A stretch of DNA of 64,000 bases from Piromyces finnis finn (Eukaryota; Fungi; Neocallimastigomycota): contig MCFH01000013.1 of NCBI GenBank assembly GCA_002104945.1, forward strand, positions 744,001 to 808,000, in the 5' to 3' direction. Positions within the stretch are counted from its first letter, which is position 1; each line of letters opens with the position of its first letter. Both the position numbers and the translations under genes were made by a program. The notes below the pieces were generated by a model, which did no database searches, was not told where the DNA came from, and saw only the letters and a list, made by a program, of their open reading frames with translations. Below, one piece after another: positions 1 to 11,815 of this stretch.

Positions 1-1326
1 AATCTTATCAATAGAATCGATTTTTGGGTTACCACTTAAATTAATAGTTTTTAAACATGAACAACAAATCATCAGTACTGGAATATATTCTAAATTGTTG
101 TTACTAACATCTAATTCCTCTAAATCATTCATATTCACTATATCACAAGGTATATGGGTTAACCCTTTATCACTTATATTTAATTTTAAATTCCATATAT
201 TTTCATAATACAATATACTTTTAGGAGAGTCAAATTTTAATCTTCTTAAATTTGTTAAATTTTCTATCTCTTTGGGTAATTCTATGATTTCATTATAGGT
301 AATATTTAATTTCTGTAATTTTATTAAATTTCCTATCGCCTTGGGTAATTCAACCAATTTATTATTGCTTAAATTTAATTTATACAAACTTGTTAAATTT
401 CCTATCTCGTTTGGTAACTCAGTTAATTCATTATTTTCAATATGTAATTTTTGCAAATTTTCTAATTCTCCAATTTCTTTAGGAAGTTCTTTTAATTTAT
501 TCCCGTATAAATAAATATATTTTAGATTAATTAAATATTTTATTTCTTTTGGAAATTTATATAATTCAATTTCATCGAAATATATTTGACATAGATTTGT
601 TAGGTTCATTATCTCTTTTGGTAGTTCTTTTAACGCAATATTATTAATAGATAAATATTTTAAATTTGTTAAGTTATACAACTCTAATGGTAAATTGACT
701 AATTTATTAAATTGGAGATTTAACTCTTGTAAATTTAATAAATTCTCTATTTCTTTTGGTAGCTCAGTTAATTTATTGTCATAAAGATATAATTCCTGTA
801 AACTTTTTAAACTCCCTATTTCTTTTGGTAGTTCTGTCAATTCATTTTCATTGATTGATATATGTTTCAAATTTGTTAAATTCCTTATTTCACTAGGTAA
901 CTTATTTAATTTATTGCAATTAAGGTACAAATAATATAAATTCTTCAGATGGCCTATTTCTTTTGGTAGTTCAGTTAATTTATTATTATAGAGATGCAAT
1001 TCCTGTAAACTTTTTAAATTCCCTATTTCTTTTGGCAATTTAGTTAAATCATTATTATATAAGTTTAACGTTTGCAATTTTTTTAAATCACATATTTCTT
1101 TTGGTAGTTCTTTTAAAGCATTAGAACCAAGATCTAGTATTTGTAAATTTTCTGCTTTTGATAATAATTGTGATAACTTATTTATTACTTGTTTATATTG
1201 ATTTTCTTTTAAACAAGATATTTTTTTAACAGTTAAACTTTTTAATCTTGGCGCTAGTTTCTCAATATTTATTGTCAAAAGATCTTCACCATATAATTCT
1301 TTATCCACTAGAAGTTCATGACACAT
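1..1326 (-). CDS. Leucine-rich repeat protein (23-aa LPKEIGNL-type LRRs), intronless, 3'-truncated by the window edge; paralogue of 2046..3911
   Basis: Absent from the ORF track because it has no stop. Hand translation from ATG at 1326 is open to base 1 (442 codons): MCHELLVDKELYGEDLLTINIEKLAPRL..., 13 regular repeats (e.g. LQELHLYNNKLTELPKEIGHLKN), then cap ...LEELDVSNNNLEYIPVLMICCSCLKTINLSGNPKIDSIDKI matching the neighbour's cap. Confidence 0.92.
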   Translation of the reverse strand, partial: MCHELLVDKELYGEDLLTINIEKLAPRLKSLTVKKISCLKENQYKQVINKLSQLLSKAENLQILDLGSNALKELPKEICDLKKLQTLNLYNNDLTKLPKEIGNLKSLQELHLYNNKLTELPKEIGHLKNLYYLYLNCNKLNKLPSEIRNLTNLKHISINENELTELPKEIGSLKSLQELYLYDNKLTELPKEIENLLNLQELNLQFNKLVNLPLELYNLTNLKYLSINNIALKELPKEIMNLTNLCQIYFDEIELYKFPKEIKYLINLKYIYLYGNKLKELPKEIGELENLQKLHIENNELTELPNEIGNLTSLYKLNLSNNKLVELPKAIGNLIKLQKLNITYNEIIELPKEIENLTNLRRLKFDSPKSILYYENIWNLKLNISDKGLTHIPCDIVNMNDLEELDVSNNNLEYIPVLMICCSCLKTINLSGNPKIDSIDKI

Positions 1327-2045
1327 TATCTTGCTCAAATAAATAAACTTCAACTTAAATTTTAGAAATTACTATAAAGTAATGATTTATTTTCAAATAT
1401 AAATATTATATATCCATACAAGTATATATAATATTTCAAAAAATAATGTATACTTTAAATAATGTAATTAGTTTGAAATGAAATTAAAAACTTTTAATTT
1501 TAAAAAAGAATAGCAAACATTGATATAACTACAACTATCTAAAAAAAAGCAATATTGTTATCAAAAGTTCAAAAGTGATGAAGAAATATGTATTTGTAGG
1601 TTCATTAATCAAATATTTTTCAATAAGTAAAAATAGAAAAATAATATTAAAATATTATTAATAAAATTTATAAAAAATAAATTAAACTTTAATTTTGATT
1701 AAAATAATTAAAAATATATATAAGAAAATAAAAAGTTTAATTGATATGTTTTATAACAATTACTAAAGAAATAAAAAGTAATTATTATATATGTAGTATT
1801 TATTAATTTCTGAAAAGCATTTAGTTTCAGTAGTGCCTAGATACTTCTATTTCATTTAAAAAAAATATTTTATTTTACTTTTTTTTTTTTTAAACTATAA
1901 TAATATGTTAATTTGAAAAGAAAAATAACGAAAATAAAGCTGATTTCATTTCTTGATATTTTTTATTTATTAGGATTGGTAATTACATAATTAAATAATG
2001 TATTAACCTAATTAAATAACATAATAAAGTTAATAATAGATGGTT

Positions 2046-3911
2046 TCAATGATTTTTTCTTTGTGCATATTTTAATTTATTTAAGATCTGAATTTTAAAA
2101 TAACTCTTCAAAATTCTTTGATGTATTTCTTTATTACTATCAATGCTATATCTAAGTTCTTCATCGTGAACCTTAATCTTATTTCTACCCAATATTATAT
2201 AGTTACTAATCCTATGATTTCTTACATCCCTCATTTCTTGTTCGTATATTTTAATATCTTCTTTAAGTTTTATAATTCTCTGATTTCTTATTTGTATAAT
2301 TTCATCTCTATTATATTTTTTCTGTCCATTAGTTGTTGTCAGAATGATTGATTCTAGTCTTGGTAGTCCAAATATTCCATTTGAAATCTTATCAATTGAG
2401 TTTATTTTTGGATTTCCACTTATATCAATTCCATATAAATACTCACAACAAACAATAAGTTCTGGAATATCTTCTAAATCATTATTACTAACATCTAATT
2501 TTTCTAGACTTTTAAAATTTACTATATCAAAAGGTAATTGAGTTAATCCTTTTCCACTTAAATCCAGGTTTAAATCAATTCCAATAACATATCTATCTAT
2601 AGAATTATCAAGTTTTAATTTCAACAAATTTGTTAAATTTCCAATTTCTCTTGGTAATCTAATAGATTGATTTAAAGTAACATTTAAATTTTGTAAATTT
2701 ATTAAATTTCCCATTTCTTTAGGAAGTATAATTAATTTGTTGTGTCTAAGGTTTAAATCTTGTAAATATATTAAATTTCCCATTTGTTTTGGTAATTCAG
2801 TTAAATCATTGAACTCGAGATTTAATATTTTCAAATTAATAAGATTACCTATCTCTTTAGGAATTTTCTTTAAAAAATTCCAATCAAGGTATAATTCTTT
2901 TAAATTAATTAAATTCCCTATCTCTTTTGGAAGTTCAATCAATTTATTTCTAGATAGATTTAGTTCCTTTAAATTTATTAAATTTTCTATTTCTTTTGGT
3001 AATTTGATTAGTTCAGTTTCTTCAAGATATAATTTCTGTAAATATTTTAAATTTCCTATTTCTTTTGGTAATTTGTATAACTTATTCAATTTGACGTTTA
3101 ATTCATTTAAATTTTTTAAATCTCCTAACTCTTTTTGAAATTCATCTAATTTATTATTATTAAGATTTATTTCATTCAAGTTTATTAAATATTTTATTTC
3201 TTTTGGAAGATTGGTTAGTCTAGTTTCTTCAAGATACAATTTCTTTAAATTTATTAAAATTCCTAACTCTTTCGGAAGCTCTGTAATGTTATTAAAAGAA
3301 AGGTTTAAGTATATCAAACTTTTTAAATTTCCTAACTCTTTCGAAAGTTCTGTAATATTATTAAAAGAAAGATTTAAGTACATTAAATTTATTAAGAAAT
3401 TTATTTCTTTTGGCAGCTCCATCAATTTATTGAATTCAAGATTTAAAAGTTTTAAATTCATTAATTTTCCTATTTCTCTTGGTAATTCAATTATTTCATT
3501 TCTTCTGAGATTTAATTTTTCTAAATTAAATAAGTTACCTATTTCTATTGGTAGTTTTGTTATTTCATTTCGTTCAAAACTTATTTCTTGTAAATTTATT
3601 AAGTTACCTATTTCTTTTGGTAGAATGTTTAACCTGTTGAATCCAATATGTAATTTCTGTAAATTTTTTAAATTCTCTATCCCTTTTGGAAGTTCGATTA
3701 ATTTATTATATTGAAGATTCAAACTTTTTAAATTTATTGCATATGAAAACAATTGTGATAGTTTTTGGTTTATTACAAAAGAATCCTCATTATATATATG
3801 TGTAATTTTTAAATTAGTCAATTTTGGAGCTAATACTTTTATTTCTATTGTTAATATATCTACTGCTTTTAATTTTTTATCTAATAATGATTTATGCTTT
3901 TCTCTAAGCAT
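2046..3911 (-). CDS. Leucine-rich repeat protein, 621 aa, intronless: 16 regular 23-aa LRRs, capping repeats and a charged helical C-terminus
   Basis: ORF track; repeat consensus LxxLxLxxNxLxxLPKEIGNLxN read directly. Confidence 0.95.
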   Translation of the reverse strand: MLREKHKSLLDKKLKAVDILTIEIKVLAPKLTNLKITHIYNEDSFVINQKLSQLFSYAINLKSLNLQYNKLIELPKGIENLKNLQKLHIGFNRLNILPKEIGNLINLQEISFERNEITKLPIEIGNLFNLEKLNLRRNEIIELPREIGKLMNLKLLNLEFNKLMELPKEINFLINLMYLNLSFNNITELSKELGNLKSLIYLNLSFNNITELPKELGILINLKKLYLEETRLTNLPKEIKYLINLNEINLNNNKLDEFQKELGDLKNLNELNVKLNKLYKLPKEIGNLKYLQKLYLEETELIKLPKEIENLINLKELNLSRNKLIELPKEIGNLINLKELYLDWNFLKKIPKEIGNLINLKILNLEFNDLTELPKQMGNLIYLQDLNLRHNKLIILPKEMGNLINLQNLNVTLNQSIRLPREIGNLTNLLKLKLDNSIDRYVIGIDLNLDLSGKGLTQLPFDIVNFKSLEKLDVSNNDLEDIPELIVCCEYLYGIDISGNPKINSIDKISNGIFGLPRLESIILTTTNGQKKYNRDEIIQIRNQRIIKLKEDIKIYEQEMRDVRNHRISNYIILGRNKIKVHDEELRYSIDSNKEIHQRILKSYFKIQILNKLKYAQRKNH

Positions 3912-4249
3912 TTTTAATATTACTTTTATTAATGAAAATTATATATTAAAATTAAGAATTTAAATACTTATTTAAACTATATTTATTCTGTTATATATAT
4001 GCAATTATTCTTTATATTGAATTTATTATTGTTACCGTTCAGTAAACTAAAATACCTAATTATTAAAATTGGAACTTTTAAAATTTCACGCAAGATCTTT
4101 TTTCTTTTTATATATAAAAAAAAAAGATTGAAAGAAAATTTATGATTTGCAATTATTTTGTAAAATTATAAATTTTTTAAAATAAGTTTTTACTTAATTA
4201 CAAGAATATAACAGTATTAATTATAACATGTTATTAGTAGTAGTAGTAG

Positions 4250-5226
<977 letters not shown>

Positions 5227-5412
5227 AATTTAATAATATAATTATTTTTATTCAATCTTGTGTAACATTTAATTTTGATTTTTAATTCATCCATAAAAAA
5301 TATATTGAAATTGTATTAAAAGGTTAGATTTTAAATGTTAATATTATTATCTATAGAAAAATAAAAATGATAAAAAAGTGTAGACCTCAGTCATATCTTT
5401 ACTTTAATAGTG

Positions 5413-5810
5413 AAAGGAAAACATAATTATATAATATTTCTTACTTTTTAAATAATTTAATAATATTATGGATAGATGTAATTTTATTATTTAAAAATAT
5501 ATAATTTTATAATTGTTATCATGAAAAAATACATAATATATTTTTATTATAATACAAAAATACCAATATGAACTTCATCTAGTTATTCTGTTTAATTATT
5601 AGTAACCATCTTAAATGAATATTATATGTTTAAAACCCAAAAAAAACACATTTACTATAATATGCATACATATCTTTCATTGCTTCTTATTAGTTTATAA
5701 AATATCTTTAATTATGATATTCTATTACATAAATGATATGAAGTAATTATTGTTATTTTATAAAGAATAACATCATTTATATAAATCTAAAATTGAAATT
5801 AAATGTGTAA
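5413..5810. repeat. Diverged repeat C, copy 1 (homologous to the upstream region of the second RCC1-like gene)
   Basis: Collinear shared blocks with 10988..11430, e.g. aatatgaacttcatctagttattctgtttaat vs aatatgaatttcatctggtcgttctatttaat; aattgttatcatgaaaaa vs aattgttactatgaaaaa; taaatctaaaattgaaattaaatgtgtaat vs taaatcaaaaattaagtttcaaatggtaat. Confidence 0.6.
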
Positions 5811-5918
5811 TAACCTAATCATAAAAATATTATAAATAAAATTCTAAAATAGTATTATATCATATTATTAATATAATACACTAATCCTTTTATATTTATT
5901 ATAAATACTTCATTCTTC

Positions 5919-6415
5919 TTTATGTATAATTAATAAAAATTCGTGGATTGTAAATCGTAGAATAATAACATGCTTATTGTATAATAGTTGTATAATACAA
6001 TTTTTTATTTCTTCAACTTTTATATTATCAATAATGTAAAAATGTAAATATAAAATGTAAAGTTATAATGTAAAGATAATAAAATTAAAATAAATGACTC
6101 ATTCTAAAAGAAATCAATTCAAAATAATAAATCATATAATAATAATTAAATACAAAGTATTTTCCTTTTTTGAAACTAAAGAGTTTTACTTTAAAATGTT
6201 ACTAAACCTTATTTTTATTAAAAATTATAATAAAGTTAATGAACAATAACGAATAATAATAAATAATAATAAATAATAATAGTATTATATACAGTAATTA
6301 ATAACTCTTTAATTTTATGACAATATATTTTATATTGATAAAAATATATTGATAAAAATGGACCTTTTATTTCTAATGTTATTGGTATATTCCATTACTA
6401 TTACTATTACTATTA

Positions 6416-6462
<47 letters not shown>

Positions 6463-7086
6463 AAAATAACTTTATATTAATATTTTAAAGTGTTTGGCTT
6501 GTGTCTTAAATAGCTTTTATTCAAATTTTAATATATATATTCTTAATATTGTATTATTGTATTTTTGTTTTATTTTGCAAAAGTCTATAAACGCATATGA
6601 TTTCTTCTTATTAATAAAGATCATCACTTTTATTTTATTATTAATATATTATATAATATTATACAACTTAAAATTATTAATTAAATACATTTATAGTAAA
6701 AAAGAAAAAAATTGTTTTAGAATTTATTATAATTTTTATTTTTAAAATTATTAAAATATTATATATAAATTTATAATAATTCTAAATATTTATTTCATTT
6801 ACTATTATAATATGAATATATATAATATTTGAATAATACTAATTATAAATATAAAATATATATTTAAATATATCTTTCTATTTTTTTTTTAAAAAAAATA
6901 AATATATAAGCATTGAATAACTTTTTTTTTAAAATTTGAAAGTAAAAATGTATACCATAATTTTAATTTCTGTATATTTTTATTAATTAAAAAATTTTAA
7001 ATTAATTTAATTTGTAAAAAAAATTTTTAAAAAAAAATCAAAAATTTTATATTAAAATAGAAAACCTTAAATATTATAATTTTTTT
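5919..7086. repeat. Non-coding direct repeat A, copy 1 (lacks the first ~270 bp and the GC-rich end of copies 2 and 3)
   Basis: Near-identical to 9641..10793 and 15380..16566, from tttatgtataattaataaaaattcgtggatt to gaaaaccttaaatattataattttt. Confidence 0.93.
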
Positions 7087-7609
7087 CGAAATCCCACTCT
7101 CAACCTTTTTTTTTTTTTATCATTTCTTTTAAATAATTATACATTTTCTTTAATAAATTTTATATACGCATAATATTAAACATATATATTAATAATTTAT
7201 ATATATTATTAACATAATATATTGACAATATTATTGATATTATCTACATTATTACTATTACTATTTAAATATATATATATAAACCGCTGTATATCATATA
7301 TAGTAATAAAATATACCTATTAAATTAACAGTTCGTTTATATATATGTGTTAATATTATTATAATTAAAAACTTTAAAAATTTACTATATTATTTGTTAT
7401 TAAATATAAATATATTGATATTTAATTCATACTTATTTAGATTATTATCATCTTAATATATATTAAAATATAATAAAATATAATATTTTTATAATAAAGA
7501 TTTTAATTTAAACTAAAGTTTTTTCATTCTTTAATAATTATTATTCATATAATATAACTTATAATATATCTAGATTTCTTCACAGTTTCTACTTGTATGT
7601 AATAATGAC

Positions 7610-9095
7610 ATGACCTCAAAAAACAGCTTTGATATGAAAACATTCCTTTTAAACTTGAGTGCTTTTATTAAAAATAAAAATGAAATTAGATCTATTCATT
7701 CTAAAACGTTCAAACAATTAATCTACAATTATTTAATTGTAAGTTTTACTTTAAAAAATAGATAGGTATAAATATATACTATAATATATAACTAATTAGG
7801 TATATATTTTAATTATATTTTAGACATCTGAAGATTATGAAATATATAAAAATAATTTAGCTCAAGTAGTAAAAAATGAGGATATAACAGTATTTAGATC
7901 TAAAGATGGTGTATTATTTTTAAATAAAAATAATTATGTAATTATTTTATTTATTCATATAATTACTAATATATATAATTAGAATATTAATATGTTAATT
8001 TTGCTCTTAATATTTCATTTAAAATAATAATAAAAATAATAAAACAAAAAGAAAAAGATGATTAAATTAAACCAATTTAAAAATAAAATCATTGATATAG
8101 CTATATCTAAAGGATATATTTATGGAATTTCAGAAAATAATAAATTTTATTATTGGTATGTATTTTTTATTGATAATATTTTCTATAAATGTCAGCAGCA
8201 TTAATAATTTATTATATCTTAAGGAATTATAATAAAAATTATTATAGTAAAAAATTGTTATGTATAAAGAATACTGACAATTCAGAATCTACTGAATTTG
8301 TTGTTTTTGGGGAAAATAATAAGAAAATCGAGTTTACCAGAATAATTTCTGGTAATGGTCATGGTTTTCTTATTGACAAAGAAAAAAGGCCATGGGGAGT
8401 ATGAATAAAATGTATACTTAATATTAAGTAATAATAACTATTTCTATTAAATTATTTATATATTAAATTATTTTTAGTTTGGATTGAATGATTTTACTCA
8501 ATTAGGTGTTGATGATAGTTCAAAAATAAATTATCCATATCTAATTAAACCATTTGCTAAAATTCCTATTATAGAAATTGCCTGTGGTAAATTCCACAGT
8601 ATGTTCCTTTCAGAGAATGGAAATATTTTTGTTTGTGGTGACGGAAACAATTGCCAAACAAATATTTGTAATATTTTATGTATTAATAATATGAAATTAT
8701 TTTTAAATAATTTAATTATTAACAATAATGAAATTAGTAATGATAACACTATAATTAATAGCAGAGAAGAAAGTAATAATTATAATTATAATTATCATAA
8801 TCATAAACTCATTACCTCCAATATTATTAATATTGATAATAGAGATAATAGAAGTAATATCAGTAGTAGTAGTAGTAGTAGTACTTGTATTAGTAATAGT
8901 GATAATGATGATAATAATTATAAAAGAAAACTAAAATTTGATGATAATATTAATAATAGGATTATAAAAAGTAATAAAAAAGTAAGATTTCATATAGACA
9001 ATGAAAATAAGCTTAATAATTTTAATAATAATACTCCAAATAAAAATTCTAGTAGAAATAATAACAGGAGAAAATCAATTTTAAAAAAAAAATAA
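7610..9095 (+). CDS. RCC1-like (RLD) repeat protein with Asn-rich tail, paralogue 1; 5 exons; possibly decaying
   Basis: Inferred exons 7610-7738, 7824-7937, ~8043/8052-8155, 8224-8398, 8478-9095, with the same intron positions as paralogue 2. RCC1 blade: RPWG|FGLNDFTQLG...IACGKFHSMFLSENGNIFVCGDG. Tail has KRKLKF, KKVRF and SILKK. Confidence 0.8.
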
Positions 9096-9364
9096 TATTA
9101 AAAAACCTAAAGTCATTATTAACAATAATAAATCAATAATAGTAATAATAATAATGTGATTATGACAGTTATAGAATCATTATTAATAATACCTTATTTA
9201 TATAGTTAAAATAACAAAACTATGATAATAATACATTAATAACAGATTTAATAATATAAACAATATTCTATTTTTATAAAAGATATTTTATTTAATTTTC
9301 TAAGAAACAATGTAGTTGTATTTTAACAATATTTAAAAAAATATAATTTTTAATATAATGAAAT

Positions 9365-10134
9365 TCATTATTACATAAATAAATAATATTTTTATTATGA
9401 AAGAACTTTTTTATTTAAATAGAGTCTTTAATTCTTTAATTAAAAAATATATAATTTCATTAAAGTTAATATTAAATAAAGATTTAAATTACATTCTACC
9501 CTTTTTTTTGGAATTTTAATAATAATCACAAAAAATATATAAAGAGAGTGAAATATTTTTATATTAATAATGATAATACTGATGGTAAATAAATATCAAT
9601 GAATTTACGGATTTATGGATTTTATTATTTAATCACACTTTTTATGTATAATTAATAAAAATTCGTGGATTATAAATTGTAGAATAATAACATGCTTATT
9701 GTATAATAGTTGTATAATACAATTTTTTATTTCTTCAACTTTTATATTATCAATAATGTAAAAATGTAAATATAAAATGTAAAGTTATAATGCAAAGATA
9801 ATAAAATTAAAATAAATGACTCATTCTAAAAGAAATCAATTCAAAATAATAAATCATATAATAATAATTAAATACAAAGTATTTTCCTTTTTTGAAACTA
9901 AAGAGTTTTACTTTAAAATGTTACTAAACCTTATTTTTATTAAAAATTATAATAAAGTTAATGAACAATAACGAATAATAATAAATAATAATAAATAATA
10001 ATAGTATTATATACAGTAATTAATAATTCTTTAATTTTATGACAATATATTTTATATTGATAAAAATATATTGATAAAAATGGACCTTTTATTTCTAATG
10101 TTATTGGTATATTCCATACTATTACTATTACTAT

Positions 10135-10189
<55 letters not shown>

Positions 10190-10834
10190 AAAATAACTTT
10201 ATATTAATATTTTAAAGTGTTTGGCTTGTGTCTTAAATAGCTTTTATTCAAATTTTAATATATATATTCTTAATATTGTATTATTGTATTTTTGTTTTAT
10301 TTTGCAAAAGTCTATAAACGCATATGATTTCTTCTTATTAATAAAGATCATCACTTTTATTTTATTATTAATATATTATATAATATTATACAACTTAAAA
10401 TTATTAATTAAATACATTTATAGTAAAAAAGAAAAAAAATTGTTTTAGAATTTTATTATAATTTTTATTTTTAAAATTATTAATATATGATATATAAATT
10501 TATAATAATTCTAAACATTTATTTCATTTACTATTATAATATGAGTATATATAATATTTGAATAATATTAATTATAAATATAAAATATATATTTAAATAT
10601 ATCTTTATATTTTTTTTATTTTTCTAAAAAAATTACTTTTTTTTTTAATTTATTTAAAAATTGAAATGTATCCCATAATTTTAATTTCTATATCAATAAA
10701 AAATTTTAAACTAATTTAATTTGTAAAAAAAAAATTTTAAAAAAATCAAAAGTTTTATATTAAAATAGAAAACCTTAAATATTATAATTTTTTCATTTCA
10801 CCATGATATTATTAGGCCCGACCTGGTACCAGTC
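9365..10834. repeat. Non-coding direct repeat A, copy 2
   Basis: Near-identical to 15110..16606 except for a diverged block at ~10600-10720; ends ggcccgacctggtaccagtc. Confidence 0.92.
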
Positions 10835-10987
10835 TTTTTTTCTTTTTTTTTTTCTTATTATCAATAATTAATATAAAACATATATTAATAATATTATTGA
10901 TATTATCAGTTTAATAAATAAAGTAAATATACAATTATTTTTTTATTAAAATTATTAATAAAATGTATAAGTTTAGCAAAAAGAAAA

Positions 10988-11430
10988 AAAGGAAAATATT
11001 ATTATATAATTTTTTCAATTAGTAAATAATTTAATAACATAATGGATGTTAATTGTTACTATGAAAAACTTATATTATAAAATAATGTTTTTTTTATTAA
11101 AATATTACAAATTAATATGAATTTCATCTGGTCGTTCTATTTAATCAATATATTATTAAATTTAAGTTATGTTTATAACATTTTTCATAAAAAAAATATC
11201 TATGCAAAATAACAAATCATGATATTTTTAATAAAATTTGAAAAAGTTATATATATTATAATAAATTTGTATATATATGTTATATACCGTTTTTAATATT
11301 TTTAACTATTTTAAGTTATATTACATATAATAATTTGATTTATATATTTAGATAAAATGATTTATTTTATAAAAAAATTAATTTATACATATTCAATTTA
11401 AATCAAAAATTAAGTTTCAAATGGTAATAT
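10988..11430. repeat. Diverged repeat C, copy 2 (upstream of RCC1-like paralogue 2)
   Basis: Patchy collinear similarity to 5413..5810. Confidence 0.6.
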
Positions 11431-11815
11431 TTATTTATAATTTTATATACAATATAATATAATATAAAATAGAATATGAAAATAATAGAATAATATATAC
11501 TTTAACCTTAATATTCTACTTTATTAAATAAATATATGTTTATGCACTTTATATATAATTTCTGTGCTAAGTAGTTAGTTGAAATTTTAATGATGGACAA
11601 TGAAATAATAATGATAATGATTATAATAATTATTTTATATATTTTATATATATTCATTTATTTAAAAAAAGTAATCACTTTAACCTCTAATTATTATCTA
11701 AAAGTATATAAAAAGGTAAATTTCTTCAATATTTTTTTTCTATCTTCATTAGTTTTACACATACGTTTATATGTTATTTCAATTAATTTTAGTTATTTAC
11801 TTATTATTAACAAAA

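Noticed and set aside
6494-6745. 75-83-aa hydrophobic ORF present three times (also 10221, 15972)
   Set aside because: TTG start, composition-driven I/L/F/Y content, and conserved only because it lies in repeat A; the stop position differs between copies.
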